Positions 29,452 to 40,015 of a stretch of 64,000 bases of DNA are shown here, piece by piece. The first letter of the stretch is position 1, and each line of letters starts with the position of its first letter. Both the position numbers and the translations under genes were made by a program. Under the pieces are notes generated by a model. That model searched no databases and was not told where the DNA came from. It was given only the letters and a program-made list of their open reading frames with translations. Origin of the DNA: an uncultured Spirochaetales bacterium (GTDB lineage: Bacteria > Spirochaetota > Spirochaetia > SPDA01 > CAZSGZ01); contig CAYTSI010000001.1 in NCBI GenBank assembly GCA_964440465.1, positions 7,976 to 71,975 on the forward strand, read 5' to 3'.

Positions 29452-29482
29452 AAATAACGCTGCCGACGGGCCGTTATTTTTT
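29452..29482. terminator. bidirectional rho-independent terminator between convergent genes
   Basis: Perfect 8-bp stem AAATAACG/CGTTATTT with a 12-nt loop, followed by a T-run on the plus strand and flanked by A/T on the minus strand. The stop of the minus-strand gene lies inside the stem. Confidence 0.5.
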
Positions 29483-30571
29483 CCCGCGGGCCCTCCCGTA
29501 TCTCCTTTTTTTCGGAGGGGAAAGCCCGCGGGCCCTGAATAAATTCCGCACCGCCTGCTCAACATCTTTATTCGGCGGTGTTATGGGTTTGATAATATAT
29601 TTTATTCTATGAAAAACATCTTTGTACTGCGCCTCCAGCTCTTCCCGGGACGCGTTTGTATCGATGGAAATAAAGCTTTTTATCCACGCGGTAAATGCTT
29701 CCCCCTTCGAAAGTTCCTGCTGACGCTGAATTTTTCTGTCGAGGTCCCGGAGGTTTTCCAACAGAAGTTTCCGCGGCCGCGGTTTGACAAAAAACGAGGG
29801 CCCTTCCGATAAAATAGTATGCATATTCGGAAGAAGATACCGGAGAATATCGTACCGTATGAAAAATTCAAATATTTTTTCCGATTTCCCGCTCTGCAGT
29901 ATTTTTATAATTTCTTCCGTCAGCCGGGAAGAGGAAATTTGACTGAGCATCGGCGCGTCATTCCGCAGCTGCCGCAGGAGCTTCCCCTTCAAACTCAACC
30001 CCGTAATCATTCCGTAGCGTACCGCCCGGATAATTCTAACAGGGTCGTCGATAAAAATACGGTCTACCGGCATAATCGGGCAGATTTTTTTATCGAGAAT
30101 GTCATCAAGTCCGCCGACGTAATCGTACAGATACTCCTGTTCGGGACTGTAATACAGGGCGTTGAAGGTAAAATCCCTCCGTACCACGTCCTCTTTCATT
30201 GTGCCGAAGGCATTGCTTTTTGTCAGGTCCGAGGACCTGAATGTAGATACTTCCGTAATTGTAGTACCTGAATAGACATGGACAAGTCGAAACCGCCTTC
30301 CGATGATCCTGGAATTCCAGAAAATCTTATGAATTTTTCCCGGATGCGCGTCCGTTACAATATCAAAATCTTTCGGTTTTCGTCCCAGCAGCAGGTCCCG
30401 GACGGCGCCGCCGACAACAAATGCCTGATATCCATGGTTCCTCAGCCGGTGAATGATTTTTTCAGCGTCCCTGTCAATGTATGAACGCTTGATGCCGTGT
30501 TCCCGCAGGGTGTAAATTTTTGCCAGCTCTTCCGTCCGGCTGTCTCCGTTTTTAATGTATCTAACTAACAA
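29474..30571 (-). CDS. poly(A) polymerase / CCA tRNA nucleotidyltransferase family protein (PcnB-like)
   Basis: Pol-beta-like head domain (GGAVRDLLLGRKPKDFDIVT) and RNA-binding neck (RRDFTFNALYY). Confidence 0.75.
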   Translation of the reverse strand: MLVRYIKNGDSRTEELAKIYTLREHGIKRSYIDRDAEKIIHRLRNHGYQAFVVGGAVRDLLLGRKPKDFDIVTDAHPGKIHKIFWNSRIIGRRFRLVHVYSGTTITEVSTFRSSDLTKSNAFGTMKEDVVRRDFTFNALYYSPEQEYLYDYVGGLDDILDKKICPIMPVDRIFIDDPVRIIRAVRYGMITGLSLKGKLLRQLRNDAPMLSQISSSRLTEEIIKILQSGKSEKIFEFFIRYDILRYLLPNMHTILSEGPSFFVKPRPRKLLLENLRDLDRKIQRQQELSKGEAFTAWIKSFISIDTNASREELEAQYKDVFHRIKYIIKPITPPNKDVEQAVRNLFRARGLSPPKKRRYGRARGKK

Positions 30572-30676
30572 ACAAGACCCGCTTTTTTAATTTTTAATTG
30601 CCTGCTATAATTAAACAATTCATAAAAATAAAATGTCAAGTATTTTATAGAATTATATGCCCCAGAGGAGAGAAAA

Positions 30677-31984
30677 ATGGCTTCCGATATTATTAAACCC
30701 CGGGTTTTAAAAGGTTTCCGCGATACTCTGCCCAATTTTGAAATACAGAGAAAATCTATTATATCAATTTTAGAGAAAACCTTTGAAGGGTACGGCTTTC
30801 TGCCCATTGATACCCCGGTACTGGAATACACGGAAGTTCTCCTCGGCAAAGGGGGCGGAGAAACTGACAAGCAGGTATACCAATTTCATGACCACGGAGG
30901 GCGGGACGTTTCCATGCGGTTCGACCTTACCGTACCATTTGCCAGATATATGGCCCAGCACAGGACGGAATTATACCTCCCCTTTAAACGCTACCACATT
31001 GCAAAGGTCTGGCGGGGTGAAAATACCCAGCGGGGCAGGTTCCGGGAATTTATGCAGTGCGACTTCGATATTGTCGGAGCAGACACCCTCTCTTCCGATT
31101 TTGAAATCCTTCTGCTGATGAAAGCCGCGTTCCATGCCCTCGGCATCAGCCGTTTTTCCATCCATCTTTCGAACCGGGAACTTTTTAACAGGTTCCTGCG
31201 GCACGCGGGGGTCGAGGAACATGCCGTTGAAATCCTCCGGATTATCGATAAGGTGTCGAAAATCGGAGAAGAAAACGTAACGGAAATGCTCGGTGAGATC
31301 ATTCCCTCCGATATCGCGACAACCGTACTTGAATTTATCCGTATGGACGGGACCTGGTCTGAAAGGATCGGCAAATGCGAGACGCTGTCGGGGGGACCTT
31401 CATCCGAATCGGACTACATTCGAAACCTGTGGGCCTGGATGGAGGACCTCGGTATCTCCCCGTTTTATACCTTTAACCCCTCGATAACCCGCGGGTTGGA
31501 CTATTATACCGGAGTAGTGTTTGAGACCTTCCTGACCGACTTGCCCGAAATCGGTTCCGTCTGCTCCGGCGGGAGATACAACAACCTGGCGTCCCTCTAC
31601 ACAAAGGAGGAGATGCCGGGGGTCGGCGCGTCAATCGGCCTGGACCGCCTTCTCTCGGCGTTAGAACATTTGGAGACTTCAGCGCCGGAAGGAAGCCCCG
31701 TTACCCTCCTCATTCTGTGCCTCAATGAAGACCTCATTCCCCACTATCATACAACAGCCGAAACCCTTCGAAAATCGGGGATCTCCTGCGAAGTTTACCC
31801 GTCGAAGCGGAAACTCGCGCAGCAGTTTCAGTTCGCCGAAAAAAAAGGGACGCCTTTCGCCCTCATCTGCGGCGGGGAGGAATACAGCGCCGGGAAGGTG
31901 AATATTAAAGAACTTCAAAGCAGAGAAAGTCACGACAACATCGGCCTTCATGAGGCCGTACACATAATCAAATCAAAGCTATAA
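30677..31984 (+). CDS. hisS: histidine--tRNA ligase
   Basis: Class II aaRS motifs typical of HisRS (GFRD, RYHIAKVWRGENTQRGRFREFMQCDFD, GGRYNNL). Confidence 0.9.
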   Translation: MASDIIKPRVLKGFRDTLPNFEIQRKSIISILEKTFEGYGFLPIDTPVLEYTEVLLGKGGGETDKQVYQFHDHGGRDVSMRFDLTVPFARYMAQHRTELYLPFKRYHIAKVWRGENTQRGRFREFMQCDFDIVGADTLSSDFEILLLMKAAFHALGISRFSIHLSNRELFNRFLRHAGVEEHAVEILRIIDKVSKIGEENVTEMLGEIIPSDIATTVLEFIRMDGTWSERIGKCETLSGGPSSESDYIRNLWAWMEDLGISPFYTFNPSITRGLDYYTGVVFETFLTDLPEIGSVCSGGRYNNLASLYTKEEMPGVGASIGLDRLLSALEHLETSAPEGSPVTLLILCLNEDLIPHYHTTAETLRKSGISCEVYPSKRKLAQQFQFAEKKGTPFALICGGEEYSAGKVNIKELQSRESHDNIGLHEAVHIIKSKL

Positions 31985-31995
31985 AGAAAGAGAGT

Positions 31996-34476
31996 ATGCA
32001 AGCAAAAGAACTGCCCGTTTACCGCCAAAAACAAAAGATTTTAGACGCCTTAGCCGCGAATAACGTCGTGGTTGTGGAAAGCCCGACAGGGTCCGGAAAA
32101 ACCACCCAGCTGCCGGTAATCCTGCACGAAGCCGGCTACTCCGATTCAGGGATGATCGGTGTCACCCAGCCGCGGAGGATCGCCGCTGTTTCCGTTTCTG
32201 AATTTATTTCCAACCAGCTTACCTCTCCCATGCCGGGAATCGCGGGATACACGATCCGTTTTGACGATAAAACGAAGGAAGACACCAAAATCAAAATCAT
32301 GACCGACGGTATCCTGCTGCAGGAACTGAAAAGCGACCGTTATCTGACAAATTACAACGTCATTATTGTCGATGAGGCCCATGAACGGAGCCTCAATATC
32401 GATTTTATTCTCGGCCTTCTCAAGCATATCTTAGAAACGCGGGCCGATTTTAAAGTGATGATATCATCAGCCACCATCAATGCCGAAATCTTCTCCGAAT
32501 ATTTCGGCGGCGCCCCTATCGTCCACATCGATACCCGGATGTATCCCGTCGGCATTGTGTATGATCCTCCGAAGGAGGAAGCCGGCGCCGAGGGAGTTAT
32601 TCACAAAATTGTCGAAATTATCAGCAGGGTCGTTTTGGAAAACCGGAAAGGAGACATTCTTGTCTTCCTAAGCGGGGAACGGCAGATTAAGGACTGCATA
32701 CAGCTGCTCTATTCCATGCCCTTCGCGAAAAAGCTGCTTATCCTTCCGCTGTACGGCCGTCTTTCCAAAGATGAACAGGAATATGTTTTTGTTACGACTC
32801 CCGAGAATAAAACCAAAGTTGTCGTTTCCACAAACATTGCCGAAACCAGCGTAACCATCGACGGCGTTACCTCCGTTATCGATTCGGGACTTGCAAAAAT
32901 CAACTACTACAATCCCAGGACGTACACCTCATCTCTCATCGAAACGAGTATATCCAAGGCTTCCTGCAATCAGCGCAAAGGACGGGCCGGCCGCACGCGG
33001 CCCGGCACCTGTTACCGGCTTTATACGAAGCAGGACTACGAAACACGGCCCCTTTATACAACCGAGGAAATTTACCGCACCGACCTCTCGGAGGTGGTTT
33101 TGCGGATGGCGGAAATCGGTATCAATGATTTCGAATCCTTCGATTTCATCTCTCCTCCGGGAAAAGAGGGAATTATCAGCGCCGAAGATACGCTTCGGAT
33201 GCTGCACGCCCTCACGCCGGAAAATGCACTGTCCGACATCGGCGCCATGATGGTCGAGTTTCCCCTCCTCCCCCGATTAGCACGGATTATCGTCGAGGCA
33301 ATTCGTAAATATCCGAATGTACTGGAAGAGGTGCTTATCGGTGTTTCCTTTCTCTCCACCCACACCCCTTTTCTGCTGCCGCAGGGTGAAGAAATAGCCG
33401 CCAGGAAGGCGCACCACACGTTCCAGCACGCGTCCGGAGACTTTCTGTCCTATCTGAAATTGTTCCGCGCCTATTTGAAGGCCCCGAACAAGAAGCAGTT
33501 CTGCGAAACCTACTATCTCGACGAACGCACTACGGCGGAAATTGTAAATATTAAAACCCAGTTAGAGGAAATCGTTTCCTCGAAAGGGGTCCCCATCCTC
33601 TCGGGCGGTCCGATTAAAGATTACCTCTGTTCCGTTTCCGCGGGCCTTCTCCAGTTCGTCTGTGTACAGTCGAGAAAAAACAGCTACCGGAGCTTGACCG
33701 CCGACCGTATTCAGATCCATCCGGGAAGCGTTATGTTCCGGGAAACTCCGAAATATATCGTTGCCGGGGAGATCGTTCGAACGTCGAAAATGTTCGCCCG
33801 TTCGGTTTCGCCCCTGCAACAAGCGTGGCTGCCCGAAATTTCAGATATTCTGACGGAACACCTCGCCCGCCCTCAAAAACAGCGGACGGAGCGGGGGGCG
33901 CCGGCACCGAAGGCGGAAGGCCCGCAGCCCCTTGTCCTCGGGGGAGAGGTATTTCCGGTCAAGCCCTACAAAGGGAAAAAGTACATTGTCGAACTTTCCT
34001 GGAACAAGCTCAAACCCCTCTGTGCCAAAGCCCTTCCCCGGCTGAGCAGAAACGACACGAAACTGCGGGGGACGGTCCTCCTGGAAGGCTGCGAGCTTTT
34101 AAGCGGTGAAAAGCTGAAAACCATCTTAAAAATCGCGCCGCTGTTACATCCGGAGCGGGACATGGCCGGCTCCTGGCCGAAAGGAAGGCAGTTCTATCTT
34201 CCCGATGATTTCGACGAGCTCTACGGCCACGTCGATCTAATCCTAAAAATATGCCGGAATAGAAAAAAATCGAAAAAATACTGCGGATTTGTCAGCCTCA
34301 ACACCGACGGCGGGGGCACATTCTGGTTTTCATGCTCGAAGGGGTTCCATAACGCGCTGTCCCAGAGTTTATCCAGCATCGAACTGATGATTGATAAACT
34401 CGGACCGTCGGACACAAAACTCGATAATCTGAACAGAATATACCGGAAACTCGCTACGGTGTTTGATCAGCTATAA
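31996..34476 (+). CDS. hrpA: ATP-dependent DEAH-box RNA helicase HrpA-like
   Basis: Motif I ESPTGSGKTTQ, motif II DEAH (IIVDEAHERS), HA2/OB C-terminal region; 826 aa. Confidence 0.85.
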   Translation: MQAKELPVYRQKQKILDALAANNVVVVESPTGSGKTTQLPVILHEAGYSDSGMIGVTQPRRIAAVSVSEFISNQLTSPMPGIAGYTIRFDDKTKEDTKIKIMTDGILLQELKSDRYLTNYNVIIVDEAHERSLNIDFILGLLKHILETRADFKVMISSATINAEIFSEYFGGAPIVHIDTRMYPVGIVYDPPKEEAGAEGVIHKIVEIISRVVLENRKGDILVFLSGERQIKDCIQLLYSMPFAKKLLILPLYGRLSKDEQEYVFVTTPENKTKVVVSTNIAETSVTIDGVTSVIDSGLAKINYYNPRTYTSSLIETSISKASCNQRKGRAGRTRPGTCYRLYTKQDYETRPLYTTEEIYRTDLSEVVLRMAEIGINDFESFDFISPPGKEGIISAEDTLRMLHALTPENALSDIGAMMVEFPLLPRLARIIVEAIRKYPNVLEEVLIGVSFLSTHTPFLLPQGEEIAARKAHHTFQHASGDFLSYLKLFRAYLKAPNKKQFCETYYLDERTTAEIVNIKTQLEEIVSSKGVPILSGGPIKDYLCSVSAGLLQFVCVQSRKNSYRSLTADRIQIHPGSVMFRETPKYIVAGEIVRTSKMFARSVSPLQQAWLPEISDILTEHLARPQKQRTERGAPAPKAEGPQPLVLGGEVFPVKPYKGKKYIVELSWNKLKPLCAKALPRLSRNDTKLRGTVLLEGCELLSGEKLKTILKIAPLLHPERDMAGSWPKGRQFYLPDDFDELYGHVDLILKICRNRKKSKKYCGFVSLNTDGGGTFWFSCSKGFHNALSQSLSSIELMIDKLGPSDTKLDNLNRIYRKLATVFDQL

Positions 34477-35584
34477 TCTGACGGATTATTTTTTCATCAA
34501 CTTCCCGCAGTACTGTCTCGCCGAGTCTTTTCTGCAGTACAAACCGGACCCTTCCCTCCCGCTTCTTCTTGTCCTGTTTCAGCGCCCGCAGAAACAGCTC
34601 CGGTTCCACCCGCCGCCGCAGCCGGTAGTCGTAGGCTTCAAGCAGCTTCAGCACCCTCTCTCCGTAGGCAGCGTCGGTAATCCCTAAGCGCAGTCCCGCC
34701 TGTACCGCCATGGAAAGGCCCCACGCGACAGCTTCCCCGTGGCCGCTCCCCCGGAGGTCTGAGACACTTTCCAGAGCATGACCAAAGGTATGTCCCAAAT
34801 TCAGATGCGCCCGGATGCCGGCTTCGGTAAGGTCCTGTTCCACAACACCGGCTTTTACGGCAACGGAACGTTTAATAATTTCCGATAAAACAGCCCCGTC
34901 TTTCTTCAGTACCGCGTCCCGCTGCTTTTCGAGCATGGTAAATAACGTCTCATCGCCGAGACAGGCGTGTTTGATTATTTCCGATAGACCGGACAGCAGC
35001 TCGTTTCGCGGCAGCGTAGACAGAACTTCCGGAACGACAAGGACCCGTTCCGCCGGGTAAAAGGTCCCCGCCATGTTTTTGTATCCTAAAAAATTAATTC
35101 CCGTTTTCCCCCCCACCGACGCGTCGACCATTGCGAGAAGGGTCGTCGGAACAAGCATCAGTCCGCAGCCCCGCGTAAATACGGAGGCGGCAAAGGCCGT
35201 TATATCGCAGATTATTCCCCCTCCGACTCCGGCAAACAGCGCGTCCCTGCCGAATCCGTTTTCAACAGCGGCGCGCAGAATGGTGCTTACCGATTCAAAG
35301 CACTTCGCCTCCTCCCCCCCGGGCAGCGTAACGGTAACGGCGCCCTCCGGAAGGCCCGCGGGACCGAAAATCGCGGGCCCGAAAAGCCGCGTCGTCGTTT
35401 CATCGAAGACAAACAGCTGCCGCCGCCCTTCCTTCCCTCCGCGGGGCGGACGAAAACAGCCGATGGTCATCCGCTGTTCATACAGGATTTCGGTTGTGTA
35501 GGGCCCGAAGGTGTATCGTTTTGAATCTTTCATTACCGTATGTTGTATCAAATCGGGGAAAAAAAAGGAACTGCCCCCGGACAT
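34454..35584 (-). CDS. aroB: 3-dehydroquinate synthase
   Basis: AroB motifs (GGGIICDITAFAASVFTRG, DASVGGKTGIN, HTFGHALE). Start uncertain; an alternative ATG lies at 35533. Convergently overlaps the hrpA 3' end by 23 nt. Confidence 0.8.
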   Translation of the reverse strand: MSGGSSFFFPDLIQHTVMKDSKRYTFGPYTTEILYEQRMTIGCFRPPRGGKEGRRQLFVFDETTTRLFGPAIFGPAGLPEGAVTVTLPGGEEAKCFESVSTILRAAVENGFGRDALFAGVGGGIICDITAFAASVFTRGCGLMLVPTTLLAMVDASVGGKTGINFLGYKNMAGTFYPAERVLVVPEVLSTLPRNELLSGLSEIIKHACLGDETLFTMLEKQRDAVLKKDGAVLSEIIKRSVAVKAGVVEQDLTEAGIRAHLNLGHTFGHALESVSDLRGSGHGEAVAWGLSMAVQAGLRLGITDAAYGERVLKLLEAYDYRLRRRVEPELFLRALKQDKKKREGRVRFVLQKRLGETVLREVDEKIIRQIIADQTP

Positions 35585-35622
35585 ACCGGCTGTATTGACT
35601 TTGCAATTTCAATCCTGATAGT

Positions 35623-37233
35623 ATGGACGGCATGATAAAATTCCGCGGGTTCATCGTTTTTCTTCTTCTATGCGTCCTCTTCACCCCGGCATTCACGCCG
35701 GCATCCGCCCAGGAGAGCGGGGACACCGACGCCGGCGGTGATATGCCGAAATTCGGGCTGCAGGCGGATATTTTCCGGACTGTCCGGGGGATAAACACGG
35801 ACTTCACTTCCAACTTCACGAATATGGTTGAATATCAGCTGACCCCCGGGGACCTGTTTAAACTCATCGTTACCTCCGGTGTAAAGAGCGACGGGTCGAT
35901 TTCCAATATTCAGGAGTATGAAATACAGCTGCAGAGTAATTATCAGCTGAACCTTCCCTTTTTAGGCACCATCAACGCCAAGGGATACAAACTCTCGGAA
36001 CTGCAGCAGTATGTGGTACAGGGGATTCGGAACATTATTCCGGCACAGTACATCAACTTCGTTCTCATTACACCCGCCCAGTTTAATATTTTTATTTACG
36101 GCGGCGTTATTCAGCCCGGCTATCTGCAGGCCAATCCGCTGATGGGTGTTATTGAAGCAATCGCCGGGGCGGGCGGTTTCAAACCGGGCGGAAGCTACCG
36201 GAATGTGCGGCTTTTCCGGGAAAATGTGGAAGACCCTATTTCGGTAGATATTTCCAAGTTCTATCAAAACGCGGATTTCCGGGCAAACCCCTCCCTCGAA
36301 CCGGGAGACAAGGTGTATGTGCCCCCCGCGGACATTATCGCGAACATATCGGGGAACATTGTTTTTCCCGGGTACTACGAACTGGTCCCGGAAGAAACCA
36401 CGGGGGACCTTATTTCATTAGCGGGCGGAGTCAAGCCCGACACCCTTACCTCGAAAATCGAAATTGTCAGGATCCAGAAAAACGGACAGCAGACGATTAT
36501 TTCTCTCCCCTTAAGCAAGGCGGATGAGTTTCCCCTTCAAAACGGCGACAATGTCGTTATCCATTCCACCACTGAAATTAGTGAAATGATAACAATTGAA
36601 GGCGCCGTTTTAGGAAGCGCCGGCGCGAAAACAGGGCCGATTTCAGTACCGCAAAAGCCGCTGCGTATCGACCTGCCCTACCGTCCCGGAATCAGTCTTC
36701 TTTCCGTCCTCGATTCGGTGGGAGGACCCTCTCCGCTTATCTCTTTAGATGAACAGGGCGTCTTGAAACGAAAGAACGCCGACGGAACAACCGAGAAAAT
36801 TCCTTTGAACATACAGGAACTGTGGAAAACCCGTGAAGCGCGGTACAATACCGACCTCAAACCGGGGGACCTCATTCTCGTGCCCATGAAGAAGATGCAG
36901 ATTTTCGTTACCGGCTATGTAAACGATCCGGGGGCCTATACCTTCATGGAAGGGAGCACTGTCTACGATTATCTCCTGCTCGCGGGCGGGGTTACGGAAA
37001 ACAAGGGCGACCCGAACGGAATTTTTCTGATTGACGAAAACAAGAAGCGGACAGCTGTCGAGACGACCGACCCCGTCTCGCCCGGGGACCATATTTATAT
37101 ATCCCAAAAATTCCTCTTCCAGTCGGACCAGTTCATACAGAACCTGCTCATTACCACCGGCTGGGTTACCGCTATTATCGCCGTTGTAAATACGGTATGG
37201 GATTTTATCGACCGGGTCCGGGCCGCGCCATAA
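35623..37233 (+). CDS. periplasmic polysaccharide export protein (Wza-like, multiple SLBB domains)
   Basis: Signal peptide; PES/Wza N-terminal motif (PGDLFKLIV...LNLPFLGTINAKGYKLSELQQ) and repeated SLBB-like segments; C-terminal TM. Confidence 0.7.
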   Translation: MDGMIKFRGFIVFLLLCVLFTPAFTPASAQESGDTDAGGDMPKFGLQADIFRTVRGINTDFTSNFTNMVEYQLTPGDLFKLIVTSGVKSDGSISNIQEYEIQLQSNYQLNLPFLGTINAKGYKLSELQQYVVQGIRNIIPAQYINFVLITPAQFNIFIYGGVIQPGYLQANPLMGVIEAIAGAGGFKPGGSYRNVRLFRENVEDPISVDISKFYQNADFRANPSLEPGDKVYVPPADIIANISGNIVFPGYYELVPEETTGDLISLAGGVKPDTLTSKIEIVRIQKNGQQTIISLPLSKADEFPLQNGDNVVIHSTTEISEMITIEGAVLGSAGAKTGPISVPQKPLRIDLPYRPGISLLSVLDSVGGPSPLISLDEQGVLKRKNADGTTEKIPLNIQELWKTREARYNTDLKPGDLILVPMKKMQIFVTGYVNDPGAYTFMEGSTVYDYLLLAGGVTENKGDPNGIFLIDENKKRTAVETTDPVSPGDHIYISQKFLFQSDQFIQNLLITTGWVTAIIAVVNTVWDFIDRVRAAP

Positions 37234-37254
37234 CCGCGCGGGAGAGGGCCCCGG

Positions 37255-37554
37255 TTATGCTGTGCTTACCCGGGTAAAGGACTGTACGATGTTCGCGATA
37301 AAGGGATCGGAAATAGAATAGATCCTCCTGTTTCCCTGGATCTCAGAGGTAACGATCCCTTTCTCTTTCAGTACCGCTAAGTGCTGGCTGATAACCGGCT
37401 GCGGCTGATGCAGACACTGCCATAAATCGGTTACGCAGGCATTTTCTTTCTCGATAAGGCAGAGAATTTTCAAACGAATGGGATGGCCGCATACTTTCAG
37501 CCGTTCAGCGAGGGAATCGATCATGATGTCGCCGCAGCATGTGTCATCATTCAT
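37255..37554 (-). CDS. ArsR/SmtB-family transcriptional regulator
   Basis: 99 aa with a winged HTH (HPIRLKILCLIEKENACVTDLWQCLHQPQPVISQHLAVLKEKGIV) and metal-site-like Cys residues. Confidence 0.8.
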   Translation of the reverse strand: MNDDTCCGDIMIDSLAERLKVCGHPIRLKILCLIEKENACVTDLWQCLHQPQPVISQHLAVLKEKGIVTSEIQGNRRIYSISDPFIANIVQSFTRVSTA

Positions 37555-37608
37555 ACAAGTCGAATATACACTTTTTATGATATTTTGGCAAGAATATATT
37601 GGTCTTGC

Positions 37609-37626
37609 GGAACATTGCTTCGTTCC
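37609..37626. promoter_or_regulatory. candidate ArsR-type operator: inverted repeat GGAAC-N8-GTTCC in the arsR/iscS divergent intergenic region
   Basis: Read directly from the 88-nt divergent intergenic sequence; function not demonstrated. Confidence 0.3.
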
Positions 37627-37642
37627 TGTATAGTATCAGCCT

Positions 37643-38800
37643 ATGATTTATCTGGACTGGGCGGCGACAGCTGTTCCCGACATGCATATTATCGATCAGG
37701 CGGCCGATGTCTTCAAGGAAACGTACGCGAATCCCTCTTCGGAGCATGGCGCCGGGAAAAAGGCGAGAAACCTGATTACTGTTTCGAGGAGTTACTGGGC
37801 CGAGTACCTCGGCTGCGATACAAAAAACATTATTTTCACTTCCGGCGGAACGGAGGCGAACAACCTCGTTCTGCAGCAGCTTCTGTTCAGCAAAACGGAC
37901 CGGCATGCCGTTATGACCGGGATAGAACACGCCTCGGTATATGAACCGCTGATGCTGTATAAAGAATTCGGCATCTCCCTGTCCGTCGTTTCTCCCGACC
38001 GGGAAGGGTTTGTGTCCCCCGACGCGATAGCATCGGCCCTTCGGGCTGATACAAAACTGGTGGCCGTGCTGGCAGTCCACAATGAAACCGGCGCTGTACA
38101 GCCGCTGAAGGAAATAATCGGCCTTGTCCGGGAGAGGGAAAAAACGCTGAAACGGCGCGTTCATGTACATGTGGACGCGGTACAGGCTTTCGGGAAGGTG
38201 CCGTTCGATGCCGGACTGCTCGGTGCCGACAGTGCCGTATTCAGTTCCCACAAAATCGGCGGCCCCCGAGGCACCGGGATACTCTATGTACGCAGGCCGC
38301 CCCGGGTCCTTGCCGCCGGGGGTGAACAGGAATTCGGTATACGGCCGGGGACCGAAAATCTTTTCTCGGTTTACGGTTCCGCGTTAGCGGCACGAAAAGC
38401 CGTTGAAAATTTTGAACACCGCTATGGGCACGCGCGGGACCTGATGGAACATCTCATCGAACAGGTAAAGGGGTTCCGGCAGGCATCTCTGTTTTATTCC
38501 CGTGTCTCCGAAAAGTACTCACCCTACATCAATACCGTTTTTATTCCGCCCCTGCCCGGAGAGGCCGCGGTCCGTACCTTGAGCAGCGCCGGGGTCGCTG
38601 CCGGCACCGGGTCCGCGTGTTCCACTTCCGCAAGCAAGCGGACACGGGGGCTGGAATCGATGGGATTGGAAAAAGAAAAATATGAAAGCGCCCTCCGGAT
38701 TTCCACCGGATATTCCACAACGAAACATGACATTGACGAATTCTGCCGGGTCTTCGCGCGTGACGTGCTCCCCCTCGCGGACACTTTGAAAAAAAACTAG
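37643..38800 (+). CDS. cysteine desulfurase (class V aminotransferase, IscS/NifS family)
   Basis: PLP-lysine region SSHKIGGPRGTGILYV and active-site Cys loop GSACSTS. Confidence 0.85.
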   Translation: MIYLDWAATAVPDMHIIDQAADVFKETYANPSSEHGAGKKARNLITVSRSYWAEYLGCDTKNIIFTSGGTEANNLVLQQLLFSKTDRHAVMTGIEHASVYEPLMLYKEFGISLSVVSPDREGFVSPDAIASALRADTKLVAVLAVHNETGAVQPLKEIIGLVREREKTLKRRVHVHVDAVQAFGKVPFDAGLLGADSAVFSSHKIGGPRGTGILYVRRPPRVLAAGGEQEFGIRPGTENLFSVYGSALAARKAVENFEHRYGHARDLMEHLIEQVKGFRQASLFYSRVSEKYSPYINTVFIPPLPGEAAVRTLSSAGVAAGTGSACSTSASKRTRGLESMGLEKEKYESALRISTGYSTTKHDIDEFCRVFARDVLPLADTLKKN

Positions 38801-38812
38801 AGCGGCATTGTC

Positions 38813-39991
38813 ATGGAAAAAATGTATTTGATAAAAATCGGAGAAATTGCTCTGAAAACCGGCAACCGGAAGCTTTTCGAAGCACGGCTTCGAAAAAATA
38901 TCCTGAAACGCTTCGACGAGAATGCCGGTTATTTCGGCAACAACGGCAGGTTTTTTCTTACCGTTCCCGGATTGAGCGATGAAGAGATACAGGGCAGACT
39001 CTCAACTGTTTTCGGCATTACCGGATTCGCCCCTGTCATCCGCACGGATAAAACCCTCGAAGCAGTCGAAAAAGAGACCGCCGCTCTCGCCGCCGGGATT
39101 ATCGCGAACGACCCGGCGAAAAAAACGTTTAAAATCGAACCCCGGCGCTCGGACAAGGGCTTTCCCTATACCTCCTACGAACTGGCCTGCAGACTTGGAG
39201 ACCGTATTCTAAAATCCTGTCCCTCCCTTTCCGTCGACTGCGGCCGCCCCGATTTCACCATCCACTGCGAAATCCGGGAGAAAGCAATCATTTTCGGCGA
39301 CCCGCTGCCCGGTCCCGGCGGGCTTCCCGTCGGATGCGCCGGGAAAGGGACACTGCTCCTCTCCGGGGGAATCGATTCCCCCGCGGCGGCCTACCTCATG
39401 GCAAAACGGGGCCTGAAACTCGACGCGGTATACTTTCATACGCCCCCGTTTACCTCCGACGAAGCACAGGAAAAGGTCGTAGCCTTGGGGAAAAAACTGG
39501 CACCCTACTGCTCCGGTATCCGGCTCTATACCGTCCCCTTTACCCCGGTACAGCTGCACATAAAACAAAAGGCCAAAGATGAGGAGACGACCCTGCTGAC
39601 GCGGGCGTGTATGATGAAAATCGCGGAACGTATCGGAAAACAGCAAGGATCGCAGTGCCTCGTAACGGGAGAAGCCTTAAGCCAGGTAGCCAGCCAAACG
39701 GTTGAAAGCCTGACCTTTACCGGCGGTACGGCCGATTTTCCGGTGTTCCGGCCGCTGATCGGATACGATAAGGAGGAAATTGTACAAATTGCCCGGCGTA
39801 TCGGCACCTTCGATATATCCATACGGCCCTACGAAGACTGCTGCACCGTATTTGCCCCGAAACGGCCGATTGTCCGGCCGAAATTGGAAATAATGCGGCA
39901 AGCCTATGAACAATTAACAATTTCCCCGCTGCTGGAGGACGCCGCGGCGAGTGCCGAATACATCTATCTGGCGGCGCGTGAACAACACTGA
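38813..39991 (+). CDS. thiI: tRNA 4-thiouridine(8) synthase ThiI
   Basis: N-terminal THUMP region and PP-loop SGGIDSPAAAY; located 12 nt after the cysteine desulfurase. Confidence 0.85.
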   Translation: MEKMYLIKIGEIALKTGNRKLFEARLRKNILKRFDENAGYFGNNGRFFLTVPGLSDEEIQGRLSTVFGITGFAPVIRTDKTLEAVEKETAALAAGIIANDPAKKTFKIEPRRSDKGFPYTSYELACRLGDRILKSCPSLSVDCGRPDFTIHCEIREKAIIFGDPLPGPGGLPVGCAGKGTLLLSGGIDSPAAAYLMAKRGLKLDAVYFHTPPFTSDEAQEKVVALGKKLAPYCSGIRLYTVPFTPVQLHIKQKAKDEETTLLTRACMMKIAERIGKQQGSQCLVTGEALSQVASQTVESLTFTGGTADFPVFRPLIGYDKEEIVQIARRIGTFDISIRPYEDCCTVFAPKRPIVRPKLEIMRQAYEQLTISPLLEDAAASAEYIYLAAREQH

Positions 39992-40015
39992 ACTGTAACC
40001 TATGGAGGTAAGCGT